From Candidatus Aminicenantes bacterium (lineage in GTDB: Bacteria > Acidobacteriota > Aminicenantia > Aminicenantales > Saccharicenantaceae), in assembly GCA_963807525.1 (NCBI GenBank), contig CAWECI010000030.1:33673-97672 (forward strand): DNA of 64,000 nt. The letters run 5' to 3'. Below the pieces are notes generated by a model. That model was not told the origin of the DNA. It saw nothing but the letters and a program-made list of their open reading frames with translations, and did not search any database. The position numbers and the translations under genes are program-made. Positions 49,150 through 64,000 of this stretch are shown here, in pieces (positions within the stretch are counted from its first letter, which is position 1; the number at the start of each line of letters is the position of its first letter).

Positions 49150-50629
49150 CGCCCTTCTCCTTTGCGCCAGGTGTGCTTGAGCTTGCCGCTGGTATCGTAG
49201 ACTTCGATGGTGTCGAATTCGTTGAGATAAGCGCTCAGCCATTTCGGCTGGCCGACGACGACCACGACCGGCGTCGCGGTGAGATATTTCCGGGCCACCT
49301 CGCGGATCTTTTCCGCATTGATGAGCTTGAGCTCCTCCGGGCCCCGGTCCCATTGGCTCTGGTCCAGCCCCAGGGCGACATAACGGGCCAGCCAATCGGT
49401 GAATCCTTCGCGGGTCTCGAACCGCCGGGGCAGGCTTCCGACGAGATAAGACTTGGCTTCCTCGATCTCCGAAGGCACGGCCGGACCCGCCGCCAGGGCC
49501 CCGATCTCGCCTTTGATCTCGGCCACGGCCGGGGCGATCGATTCGGGCTTGACCTGAGCTCGGACCCAATAGACCCCGCAGGAGTCATAGACCTCCATTT
49601 CGCTGAAGGCGTAACTCGCGTAGTCCTTGTCCTCCCGGAGGTCGACGAACAAGCGGCTCTGCGTCGTCCCGCCCAGGATATGCTTGAGCACCAGAAAGGG
49701 ATAGAAGTCAGGGTCGGACGATCCCATGATGACGTTGCCGGCCAGGACCGTCGCCACGGGGACCTCGGGCGCCTCGACGAAGAGGATCCGCTCGCGCGTG
49801 TTCTGAGTCGGCCGCGGCGGGGTCGTCCGGTCAGGAGGCTGGCCGTGCCAGGCCCCGAAATGGCCGGCGATCTTCTGGGCCAGGGCCGGGCCGTCGACGT
49901 TTCCCGTGACGACGACGGCCGCGTTGGCCGGGCGGTAGAAGCGGTCATAGAAGCCGGCCACGTCTCGCGTCGAAATGTCCCTGATGACATCCTCGCTGTA
50001 GCTTGCGAGCCTGTAGGGGTGGGACCCGAACAGGACGCCGAGGAGCTGCTTCCAGCCCAGGACCTCGGGGTCCTTCTTGCTCTCGAGGATCTGCCAGTAA
50101 GCAGCCCGTCGGACGGCCGCCAGTTCACGCTCCCCGAATGTCGCCTCGAGGGCCATCAGGCGAAGGATGTAGATCGCCCGATCGATGTTCTCGTCGAGCA
50201 CGGTCATGGTGAGGACCGTGTAGTCCATGAAAACGGCCGCCGAGAACTGGGCGCCCAGCGATTCGACCATGTTCTCGAGGTAATCGGCCGAAAGCTGTTT
50301 CGTCCCCTTGCCGATCATCCGGGCCGTGATCGCGGCCAATCCGGGACGGTCCGACGGCGAATCCGCTTCCCCGGCCTTGATGATGAGCTGGATCGTGACG
50401 ACCGGGGTCTCGGACCGACGGACCGCCGCCACGGTCAGGCCGTTGGCCATGGAGAACGTCTCGACCGCCGGCAGCTTGAGCTCCAGGCGTTGGGCATCCG
50501 GCAGCGGCGGGGTCCGGCGGAACCTCTCCTGAGCCAGCCCTGTCCGGGCAGCCGACAGCGTCAGGACCAGGATCATGAGCGGGACGCCGCCGGACCGGAT
50601 GCGGAGACCCGAGGCGCGCGTCTCGAAGC

Positions 50630-50633
<4 letters not shown>
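49146..50633 (-). CDS. M16 family non-catalytic subunit, secreted
   Basis: NGLTV, GLAAITARMIGKGT (no HxxEH), ILGG..QSRLFVDLREDKDY; signal peptide. Confidence 0.82.
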
Positions 50634-53359
<2,726 letters not shown>

Positions 53360-53404
53360 TCGTCGGCGGCTCCGGCCGCGGCCTCGCCCCTCAGCGATCG
53401 CCGA

Positions 53405-54157
53405 TCAAGCCGCAGGTACCGGGTCGAGCGCTTCTTTCGTTTCCGGGTCCGTGATCCGGCTCTGGACCTTGAGGAAATACTCCTTGGCCTGGCTGTATTC
53501 CCCGTTCTTGAAGTAGGCGACGGCCAGGTTGTAGTTGAAGAGAACGTCGTCAGGGACGATCCTGACGGCGGCCTCATAGGAGGTCACGGCGTCGTCGATG
53601 ATGTTCTTCTTTTCATAGATCTGGCCCCTGAGGTTATAGGCCATGGCCAAGCGGGGCTTGATCTGGATGGACTTCTGGATGTTGTCCATGGCCTCGTCGA
53701 GGCGGTTCTGGAGGACGTAGAGCCGGGCCAGATTGAAATAGGGCAGCTCCCGGTTCTGGTAGGTCAGGTCGGTCAGGGCCTTGCGGAACTCGGCCTCGGC
53801 CTTGTCCATCTGGTTCATCTCCTGATAGACCGTCCCGAGGTTGTTGTGCGCTTCAGAGAACTGGGGATTGATCTCCAGGCATTTCTCATAGGCCTTGGCC
53901 GCCTCGTCCAGACGGCCCCGCATGGAATGGGCCAGGCCCATGGCGTTCCAGGCCAGGTAATATCGCGTGTCGAGCGCCAGGGCCATGACGAAATACTTCA
54001 TGGCGTTCTCGGCGTCGTTCTGGTTGAGATAGAACAGGCCGAGGTTGTACTGGTATTTCGGGTCCTTTTCCCGCGCCCGCTGCTGCCGGGCCTGCGAGGA
54101 CGCGCAGAAGGCCAGACTGGCGCAGATCGCCACGACGGCGATGGCTTTGGTTCTCAT
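53405..54157 (-). CDS. TPR-repeat exported protein (PilF/PilW-like)
   Basis: Signal/lipoprotein-like N-terminus; tandem TPRs (AHNNLG, YFNLA, AYNLRG). The C-terminus may be frameshifted. Confidence 0.8.
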   Translation of the reverse strand: MRTKAIAVVAICASLAFCASSQARQQRAREKDPKYQYNLGLFYLNQNDAENAMKYFVMALALDTRYYLAWNAMGLAHSMRGRLDEAAKAYEKCLEINPQFSEAHNNLGTVYQEMNQMDKAEAEFRKALTDLTYQNRELPYFNLARLYVLQNRLDEAMDNIQKSIQIKPRLAMAYNLRGQIYEKKNIIDDAVTSYEAAVRIVPDDVLFNYNLAVAYFKNGEYSQAKEYFLKVQSRITDPETKEALDPVPAA

Positions 54158-54186
54158 CCGTCACCTCCTTGCAATGGTCTCCCCGG

Positions 54187-55187
54187 TCACGACTCCGCTT
54201 TGAGCGCCCGGGTCATCAGATCCGCCACGGCCATCTTGGGGGACTTGCCGCGGTAGAGGACCTGGTAGATCTCCTCGGAGATCGGCATCTCCACGCCGAG
54301 GGCGCGGGAGATGCGGCGGGCGGCCACCGTGGTGTGCACGCCCTCGGCCACCATGCGCATGCCGGCCAGGATCTCGCGCAGGGTCCGCCCCCGGCCGAGC
54401 TCATGGCCGACGCGGTGGTTGCGGCTCAGCTCGCCCGTGCAGGTCAGGACGAGGTCGCCGACCCCGGCCAGGCCCGAGAACGTCTCCTTCCGGGCGCCGA
54501 GGGCCAGGCCCAGACCCGTGATCTCGACCAGGCCCCGGGTGATCAGGGCGGCCCGCGTGTTGAGTCCGAAATTCATCGCGTCGGCGATGCCCGCCGCGAT
54601 GGCGACCACGTTCTTCAGCGCGCCGGCGATCTCGACGCCTGTCACGTCGGTCGAGGTGTAGGCCCGGACCGTCAGGCTGGAGATGAGATGCTGAACCTCG
54701 CGGGCCGCGGCCGGGTCCCTGGAGGCGACGACCAGCGCGGTCGGATGGCCGGCCGCCACGTCCTTGGCGAAGCTCGGACCGGACAGGACGGCCAGCCGGG
54801 GCCGGACCGTGCGGCCGGAAGACTTCCTCCATGACCTGGCTCATGCGCATCAGCGTCTGCTTGTCGAATCCTTTGGTCAGGCTGACGATGATCTGGTCTC
54901 GCCGAAGGACGGGGGCGATCCGGGCATAGACGGCCCGGCAGTACTGGGACGGCACGGCAATGAAGACGACCTCCCCGAAGGCCGCCGACCGGCGGAGGTC
55001 ATCCGTGAATTCGACGGTCTCGGGGAACTTGAATCCCGGCAGGAAGCTCGCGTTCTCCCGGGTCCTGAGCGCGTCGTTATAGATGTCCGGCTCGCGGATC
55101 CAGAGCATGCGCCGGAAGGCCGATCGAGCCGAGGTAGCGGGCGAAGGCCGACCCCCAGCTTCCGCCGCCGATCACGGAGGTGGTCAT
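54187..55187 (-). CDS. gpsA: NAD(P)H-dependent glycerol-3-phosphate dehydrogenase (frameshifted)
   Basis: GGGSWG, AVPSQ, SLTKG, SGPSFA, GALKNVVAIAAG, GLAGVGDLVLTC, SRN, VAEG. Confidence 0.93.
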
Positions 55188-55775
55188 GTCGTTCTTTCTC
55201 CGAGCTTCCGTTCCGTGCCGTGGAGCAAGCGCCCGATGTTGGACTTGTGCCGGAAAACGACGACGGCGCTGATGGCCAGGGCGACCGCCGCGGCCTCTCC
55301 CGGCCCGCCGCCGGCGAAGATAGACCGCCGGGAACGCGACGACGGCCAGGATCGAGCCGAGGGACACGAAGCGCGTCAGGCTGACGACGACGATAAAAAC
55401 ACCGAGGCTGGCCAGGCAGGGGGCCCAGGCGATCGCGGCAAAGGCCCCGATCGACGTGGCCATGCCCTTGCCGCCCCGGAACCCGATGGCGAACGGGAAG
55501 CAATGGCCCAGGACCGCGAGGAAGCCGCACAGGGCGGCGAACACGGGATCGTCGAACCACGTCAGGGCCAGCATGACGGGCAGGAAGCCCTTGAGGACGT
55601 CGAAGACCGCGACCGGCAGGGCCGCTTTCCAGCCCTTGACCCGGAGGACGTTGGTCGCGCCGGTGCTGCCGCTGCCCATCTCCCGGACATCCCGCTTGGA
55701 CCCGAGACGGACCAGAAGGTAGCCCGTCGGCACGGACCCCAGAAGATAGGAAAGGACGGCGAAAAGGATCTTCAC
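55184..55775 (-). CDS. plsY: Glycerol-3-phosphate acyltransferase PlsY (frameshifted near the C-terminus)
   Basis: [43 protein letters not shown]. Confidence 0.92.
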
Positions 55776-56326
55776 GATAAGGGCACCTCGAGAACGGTCC
55801 TGTACTCGGCCCCCTCGGGGTGGAGAAGGCTCTCGAAGAGAGTGATCCGGGTCGCGACCATGGATCCGAAGGATTCGTCGCGGTGCTTGGCCAGCTCGGC
55901 CATGGCCCTGGGCAGGCGGTCCGGCCCCTTGACCCGGCCGAGGGTCAGATGGGGCCGGAAGTCCCGTTTTTCCCGCTCGAAGCCCTCGGCCTCGAGCGCG
56001 GTGTCCAAGTCGGCCTGCAGCGCGGCGAGCTCGTCCGCGGCCGCGATGCCGACCCAGAGCACCCGGGGACTTCCTTCGCCGGGAAAGGCCCCCGTGCCTT
56101 CGAGCTTGAGCGGGAACGCATGGTGCCGGCCGGCCGCGCGGACCATAATGTCCTTCACCCGAAGGGCCTGGGCGTCATCGATGGGGCCCAGGAACTTCAG
56201 GGTCAGGTGCATCCCGGCGGGAGCGACCCAGCGGACGTCCGCCCGCGTGGCCCTGAGCTCCCGGACGAGCCCGATCAAGGCCTCCTTGATCGCCCGGTCG
56301 AGGTCGATGGCGATGAAAGCTCTCAT
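55772..56326 (-). CDS. thpR: RNA 2',3'-cyclic phosphodiesterase
   Basis: [15 protein letters not shown] and PHLTLGR (two HxT motifs). Confidence 0.92.
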   Translation of the reverse strand: MRAFIAIDLDRAIKEALIGLVRELRATRADVRWVAPAGMHLTLKFLGPIDDAQALRVKDIMVRAAGRHHAFPLKLEGTGAFPGEGSPRVLWVGIAAADELAALQADLDTALEAEGFEREKRDFRPHLTLGRVKGPDRLPRAMAELAKHRDESFGSMVATRITLFESLLHPEGAEYRTVLEVPLS

Positions 56327-56345
56327 GGGCGCTCTTGGCCTATCA

Positions 56346-57612
56346 TTATAGGCTTTTTCGCCGTCTCGGGGTAAGCGCTTTGCGGACCATGTCGAGCGCC
56401 TTCTGGGAGGACTGGAACTTGACCTGGGCCCGGCCGCCCGGAAAAGAGGCTGCGGACGACGGCCGCTGCCCCGGTCCCGGGCCAAGGCGATGTAGACGAG
56501 GCCGACGGGCTTGCGCGGCGTCCCGCCGCCGGGACCGGCGATGCCGGTGACGGCGAGGCCGAGATCGGCGCCCGAGGTCGCGGCGGATGCCCATGGCCAT
56601 GGCCCGGGCCACGGCCGCGCTGACCGCACCGTGCTTTTTGATGAGGCGCCGCCGGGACGCCCAAGCCGGCGGGTCTTCGCCCGGTTGCTGTAGACGACGG
56701 CAGACTCGAGGAAATAGTCGGAGCTGCCGCGGGACGTCGGTCAGCCGGTGGCCGATGAGGCCGCCGGTGCAGGATTCGGCGCAGGCCAGGGTCAAGCCTC
56801 TGGCCCTGAGCAGGCCCCCGACGACCGCCTCGAGGCTTTCCCCGTCCGGGAATAGATCCAGGGCCCGAGGAGCCGGACGAGCTCCCTTTCGAGCGCCTCG
56901 AGCCGGTGGTCGGCCAGCGCTCTCGGGCCCCGGCCGGAATAGTCAGCTGGATCGAGAGGTCGCCCGGGCGTGGCCAGCGTGGTGACGGTCACGTCCGCGG
57001 GGACCGTCCGTGTAGAAGTCCTTGATCTCGGTTCCATGGCCGATTCGCCGATGCCCGTCAGCCGGAGGATCCGGCGCACGGTCATGCCGCGGCCGAGGCG
57101 CGCCAGCCGCGGCAGTACGTGCTTCTCGAACATGGGCAGGATCTCGTGCGGGGGTCCCGGCAGGAGAGCGATCAGGTTGCGCCGCGTCTCGAGCCACAGG
57201 CCGGGCGCCGTGCCGTTGGGATTCTCGCAGGACCTCGGCGCCCTCGATGACATAGCACTGCTTGAGGTTCGATGCGGTCATGGGCCAGCCGCGGCGCCTG
57301 AATCGCTCCCGGATCGCTGCCGGATCTCCGGCGTGGAAGACCAGCTTCCGGCCCGAGCGACCGGGCCAGGGTCTCGCGCGTCCGGTCGTCCTCGGTCGGG
57401 CCGAGGCCGCCCATGCACAGGACCAGCCGCGAGCGGGCCAGGGCGGCCTTCAGGGCCGGACGGAGGTCCCGCGTCGTCGTCGCCGACGATCGTCTTGAAG
57501 TGACAGCCGCAGCCCGATCCCGTTCAGGCCGGCCGGCGAGGTGCAGGGAATTCGTGTCCTGGAAATCGGGGGTCAGAAGCTCCGAGCCGACGGCGACGAT
57601 CTCGACCTTCAT
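56346..57612 (-). CDS. cinA: CinA (MoeA-like domain plus NMN deamidase; multiple frameshifts)
   Basis: [52 protein letters not shown]...KPVGLV. Confidence 0.88.
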
Positions 57613-57625
57613 GGTCCTCCGGGCC

Positions 57626-58077
57626 TCAAATGATGAGCGAAGACCAATCGGGCCACGACGGCGGCGGCGATCCCAGCGCCGAGGTCGTCGGCCATGATGC
57701 CCCAGCCGCCGCGCAGGCGCTCCAGCCTGCGGATGGGGCCCGGCTTGATGATATCAAAAAAACGGAAGAGGGCGAAAGAGAGGCCGACGGCGACCCAGCC
57801 GCCGGGAAGGAACGCCAGAGCGACGAGCTGGCCGCAGACTTCGTCGATGACGATGCGGCCCGGGTCGGGGCGGCCCAGCTCGGCCGCGTAAAGTCCGGCG
57901 GCCTTGACGCCGACGACGACCAGGATGACGAGGATGAGGACATAGAGCGGCCAAGGCAGGCGATGGAGTGCAAGCTTGTAGGCGACCGCCGCGACGAGCG
58001 CTGGCCGCCGTGCCCGGAGCGAGGGGGATAAGACCGAGGCCGAACACCGTCGCCAGAACGCGGGCCAGGGCCTTCAT
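57626..58077 (-). CDS. pgpA: Phosphatidylglycerophosphatase A (frameshifted)
   Basis: APGTA, DPGRIVIDEVCG, FRFFDIIKP, GGWGIMADD. Confidence 0.85.
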
Positions 58078-59420
58078 CGGACGAGCCTTCCGGCGAGATC
58101 ATAGGGGCCGGCCGAGGCGACGGCGACGCGGACGATGGGCGCCGGCGGCTCGGCCAAGCCCCGCGGCAGGCTGAACCGGACGACAGCCGTCGACCTCCGG
58201 CGCCTGGAACCGGCCATGGCCGATCCAGCGGCCCGGCTTTTCCGGATCGGCGCCTTCGACGAGGACGTCGATGGTCTGACCGACCCGGCGCCGGTTATGG
58301 GCGAGCGAGATCCCGGCCTGAAGGGCCATGATCTCGCGCCGGCGGTCTTCCTTTTCGTCCGGGGGAACGCCGTCGGGCAAGGCGCGGGCCGCTGTGCCCT
58401 TCTCCGGCGAATAGGCGAAGACGCCCAGGTGATCGAAGCGGGCTCCGCGGACGAAACGCTTCAGCGCCGCGAATTCCTTCTTGCCCTCGCCGGGGAAGCC
58501 GACGATGAGCGAGGTCCGATGGCGGCGCCGGGCAGCCGGGTCCTCAGGCGCTCGATCAGGCGGAGCGCCCGGGTGCCGTCGAGGCCCCGGCCCATGGCCT
58601 TGAGGATGCCGCGGGTCGGCGTGCTGGAAAGGGATATCGAGGTAGCGGCAGATCTTCGGGCTCGGCCATGGCGTCCAGAAGCGCGTCGGTGATCTCCTCG
58701 GGATAGCCGTAGAGGAAGCGGAGCCATTCGAGGCCGGGGACGCGGCCGAAGGCGGTCGAGCAGCCGGGCCAGCCCGTTCTGTATGCCGCTGTCGCGGCCG
58801 AACCAGGTCGTGTCGTGGGAGATGAGGTCGATCTCCTTGATCGCCCTGACCGGCCAGGGCCCGGGCCTCGCGGACGATGGACGCGACGCTCCTCGAGACG
58901 GTACGGGCCCTTGATGAGCGGGATGGCGCAGAAGCCGCAGCGGTGCGAACAACCCTCGGAGATCTTGACATAGGCCCAGGCGCCCGGGGTCGTGACCAGG
59001 CGCGGGCGTCGCGTCGGAATAGAGGAAGGTCCCTGCCGGGCGGGGGACCCGGCGACCCTCGACGAGGTCGGCGATCCGGTCGAAGCTCCGGACTCCGGTC
59101 CAGACATCGACCCCGGGAAACCTGGCCTCGAGCGCGGTCCTGTCGCGCTCGACGTAGCAGCCGGCGGCGACGACCGTCTTCGCAGGGAGCGGCCCGCTTG
59201 AGGTCGAGCATCGCGGCCAGGGTCTCCTCGGCCTCGTCCCGGGCCGGGCCGATGAAGCCGCAGGTGTTGACGATGATCGACGTCGGCGTCTCCGGGCCGG
59301 GAAGCAAAGCCGTAGCCGGACTTCTTGAGGGCGCCCGAGCATGACCTCGCTGTCGACCAGGTTCTTGGCGCAGCCGAGGCTGATCAGGGCGACCTTTTTC
59401 GGGGACCGCCGGAGGATCAG
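58074..59420 (-). CDS. rimO: Ribosomal protein S12 methylthiotransferase (multiple frameshifts; start approximate)
   Basis: SLGCAKNLVDSE, VNTCGFI, AYVKISEGCSHRCGFCAIP, YGYP, IVGFPGE, APEVDG. Confidence 0.9.
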
Positions 59421-59441
59421 AGCGCCGCGCCTCGGCCGGGG

Positions 59442-60741
<1,300 letters not shown>

Positions 60742-60902
60742 AATGCGCTCATTATAAGGAAATCCACGCATTTATTCAATTCGGTCAGCTGAGCCGACTC
60801 GGAACATGGTCGATCTCTCGCTCATGAGGGACTGACTGAAAGCGGGACAGTCCTCCCGGCTGAGGTCCGATATGGTCCTATTACTGCGAGTCGTGAGTGA
60901 AC

Positions 60903-61444
60903 ATGGCTCAGCCGAGGGAATTCAGTCCGGTCAAGCTGATCTGCGGCGTCATCTACAGAGACGACGCGCTCTACGACGAGGTCAAGGAGCGGCTCGAGGC
61001 CGAGTGGGGGAGGGTCGACTCGGAGAGCGCGGCCTATCCCTTCGACCTGACGGACTATTACGAGGACGAGATGGGCGGGGGGCTCGAGCGCCGCTTCATC
61101 AGCTTCGAGACCCTCGTCCCGCCGGAGCTTGCCGGCGGCCAAGCTCGGGACGAACGAGCTCGAGTCCATGGTCCGGCAGGAGCGAGGGGTCACCGGGCGC
61201 CCGGTGAACATCGATCCCGGCTATCTCACCGCCTCGGCGCTGGTCATGGCCACGGCCAAGGACTTCGCCCACCGGATCCCGCTCGCCGGCGGCATCTACG
61301 CCCATCTCGAGTTCCTGTTCACGAGGACGGGCGTCCGGACGCTGGACTGGACCTATCCCGACCTCCGGCGCGAGCCCGCCCAGGGATATCTTCGAGCCGT
61401 CGGGAGAGATCTACCTGCGGCAGCTTCGGGAACGCCGGGGCTGA
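60903..61444 (+). CDS. DUF4416-like protein (frameshifted; end approximate)
   Basis: TDYYEDEMG, RPVNIDPGYL, ATAKDFAHRI, WTYPD motifs. Confidence 0.7.
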
Positions 61445-61460
61445 AACCGGGCTCAGGCGC

Positions 61461-61530
61461 CCGACCCATTCATAAAAGCGCCCTTCTTCTCCTCTCCGTT
61501 TCTATCGGGGCGCTTTTATGAATAGGTCAG
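61461..61530 (-). repeat. Short inverted-repeat element related to 36648-36831; may act as a bidirectional terminator
   Basis: Perfect 16-bp IR ATTCATAAAAGCGCCC/GGGCGCTTTTATGAAT with a 24-nt loop, between convergent genes. Confidence 0.7.
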
Positions 61531-62685
61531 ACGGGGTGGAAGGCGGAGATCGTGCGCAGCTTGGCGACGATCTCGGGCAGCTCCTTCAGGACGACGTCGA
61601 TGTCGGCGTCGGTGTTCGAGCGGCCGAGGGACATGCGGATCGAGGAGCGGGCGATCTCGGGCCGCAGGCCGATGGCGCGCAGCACGTGGGAGACCTCCTC
61701 GGATTCCTCGCTGCAGGCCGAGCCCGTCGAGACGTAGATCTCCTTGGTGGCCAGGGCCAGCAGGATGGCCTCGGCCTCGAGGCCGGGGAAGGCGAAGTTG
61801 AGCGTGCTCTTGACCCGGTCCTCCGGGTGCCCGTTGAACCGGGCTCCCGGGATCCTCTCCTCGATGCCCCTCTTGAGGCGTCTCGGCCAGCTTTTCGATC
61901 CGGGCGCGTGTCCTTCTTGCCCGCTTCCTCCAGGACCCGGACGGCCTCGCCGAAGCCGACGATGCCGGCCGTGTTCTCGGTCCCGGCCCTCAGGCCGCGC
62001 TCCTGGTGGCCGCCGTGGAGGAAGGGGCAGATGGTTCGACCCGCGCCGGACGTACAGGGCGCCGATGCCCTTCGGGCCGTAGATCTTGTGGGCCGAGACC
62101 GTCAGGAGGTCGACCCCGAGCTTGCGGACGTCGACGTCGATCTTGCCGAAGCTCTGGACCGCGTCGGTGTGGACGGGGACGCCCTTCTCGTGGGCGATGC
62201 GCGGCGATCTCCTCGATGGGCTGGATCGTGCCGATCTCGTTGTTGGCGTGCATGACCGAGACGAGGGCCGTCTCGGGCGTCAGGGCGTCGCGGAGGGCGT
62301 CGAGATCGACCGTCCCGTACCGGTCGACCGGGACGATAGGTGACCTTGACGCCCCTGCGCTCCGAGGGACTTGGCGGACTCGAGGACGGCCGGGTGCTCG
62401 ATCGCCGAGATGATGAACTCGTTCCGCTCGGGACGGGCGTCGAACGTGCCGAAGATGGCGAAGTTGTCGGCCTCCGTGCCCGAGCCCGTGAAGAAGATCT
62501 CGCCGCGGTCGGCGCCGAGGGACTCGGCGACCCGCTCGCGGGCCTCGTTCATGAGCTCCTTGACCTTGCGGCCGATGGGGTAGAGCGAGGAGGGATTGCC
62601 GAAATGTTCCTTCAGGAACCGGGCACATCTTGTCGGCGACGGCCGGGTCGACCGGCGTCGTGGCGTTGTGGTCGAGGTAAATCAT
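61527..62685 (-). CDS. iscS: Cysteine desulfurase IscS/NifS (frameshifted)
   Basis: [62 protein letters not shown]. Confidence 0.92.
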
Positions 62686-62717
62686 GGAGTTATTTTAGCA
62701 GAACGCGCCATATAAGA

Positions 62718-62759
62718 AGAGAGGGACTGTCCCACGCGAGCGAGGGACCGTCCCTCTTT
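62718..62759. repeat. REP-like doubled palindrome GGGACWGTCCC
   Basis: GAGGGACTGTCCC...GGGACCGTCCCTCTTT, similar to 42246-42281. Confidence 0.65.
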
Positions 62760-62774
62760 GACTGTTCTTGAAGT

Positions 62775-63681
62775 CTAAGCCAGCTTCTCTTTGAGGATGC
62801 GGACGACCTCGAGCCCGGCCCGCTGCTGGCCCTCCTCCGCCGCCGCGCCGAGGTGGGGGATGGGCGATGACGTTCGGATGGTCGATGAGCGAGAAGTCCT
62901 CGGGCGGCTCCTTGTCGTAGACGTCGAGCGCCGCGGCCCGGACCTTGCCGGAGTTCAGCCCGGCCAGGAGGGCCTTCTCGTCGACGACGCCGCCGCGGGC
63001 GACGTTGACGATGATGACGCCCGTCTTCATCTTCTCGAACTCGGCCTCGCCCAGGATCGGGCTTGGGCTGCTTGGGGACGTGGAGGGTGATGAGGTCCGC
63101 CTGCGGCCAGCAGCTCGTCCAGCGGGACCTGCTTCACGGCGAGGTCGGTCTTGATCGGGATGACGTCGTAGGCCAGGACCTTCATGCCGAAGGCGAGGGC
63201 CCGCTCGGCGACGGCCATGGCCGATCCGGCCGCAGCCGATGATGCCGAGGGTCTTGCCGAAGAGCTCCGTCCCTTCGAGGGCTCTTCTTCTCCCACTTGT
63301 GCTGCTTCATCGACAGGATGGCCTTGCCGTGGTTGCGGACGGCGCCGAGCATGAGGCCGAAGGTGTGCTCGGCGACCGAGATGGACGTCGCCGCCGGCGT
63401 GTTGGCGACGGCGATGCCTTTCTCCTTGGCCGCGACGCGGTCGATGTTGTCGAGGCCGATGCCGGCCCGGACGAGGAGCTTGAGGTCCTTGCCGGCCTCG
63501 ATGACGGGCTTGGTGATCTTCGTCGCGCTGCGGACGACGATGGCGTTGAAGCCGGGGACGGTCTTGACGAGGTCGGCCTCGCCCATGCCCGTTTTGACGG
63601 TGACCTCGAAGCCCGGAACGGCCTTGAGCTGCGTCGAGGGCCTCTTTGTCCATGCGAATCGGCGACGAGGATCTTGGTCAT
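62775..63681 (-). CDS. serA: D-3-phosphoglycerate dehydrogenase-like D-2-hydroxyacid dehydrogenase (frameshifted)
   Basis: [45 protein letters not shown]. Confidence 0.8.
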
Positions 63682-64000
63682 TGCCAATTCTCCTTGAGGA
63701 CGGCCTGGGCCGCCTTGATGCCGGCCCCGGCCTCGAACTTGTAGCCGAGGTCCATGAGGGTCATCTCCAGGGCCGACAGGGCCGTGATGATGTCGAATCC
63801 GCCCATGTAGCCGAGGTGGGCGATGCGGAAGAACTTGCCCTTGTGGGGGTCCTGGGCGCCGGCGATGTAGGCCATGTACTTGCCCTGCATGGTCTTGACG
63901 AGCTTGCCGCCCTCGATCCCGGCGGGGGTCTTGACGGCGGTCAGGATGTTGCCCGGCTTCTTGGCCAGGAGCTCCAGGCCGAGGGCCTTGACGCCGGCCC
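63678..64000 (-). CDS. Class V PLP aminotransferase (serine-glyoxylate/phosphoserine type), 3' part only
   Basis: AGAQ...[12 protein letters not shown]; coupled to the serA-like gene; runs off the window end. Confidence 0.75.
   Translation of the reverse strand, partial: AGVKALGLELLAKKPGNILTAVKTPAGIEGGKLVKTMQGKYMAYIAGAQDPHKGKFFRIAHLGYMGGFDIITALSALEMTLMDLGYKFEAGAGIKAAQAVLKENWQ

Overview
High-GC (roughly two-thirds G+C by eye) bacterial chromosomal segment, mostly core and metabolic genes of an anaerobic peptide/amino-acid utiliser. The gene set is reminiscent of Aminicenantia/Acidobacteriota, but that is inference only. Contents: tadA, two tRNA-Ser, initiator tRNA-Met, RNase P RNA, dnaX-ybaB-recR-PFOR, a stand-alone nuoJKLMN block, two secreted M16 peptidase pairs, PepP, PepD, oxoprolinase A/B, znuACB-like ABC transporter, ftcD, ahcY, and an asnS-rimO-pgpA-cinA-thpR-plsY-gpsA run. 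From about 44.6 kb to the end most genes carry frameshifts, most likely sequencing or assembly indels. No CRISPR array, prophage, integrase or transposase is visible. The most unusual signals are mostly non-coding: (i) two copies, 36 kb apart, of a ~165-nt rod-shaped element with compensatory base changes (6268-6433, 42615-42777); (ii) a composite inverted-repeat element whose right end supplies the RBS, start codon and first codons of an orphan RfaH/NusG-paralog gene, with a short version at 61.5 kb; (iii) a branched structured element just downstream of that gene; (iv) RidA with an in-frame Tat signal plus an internal start; (v) an M16 pair in which both subunits lack HxxEH; (vi) rnpB overlapping the 3' end of a response-regulator CDS.
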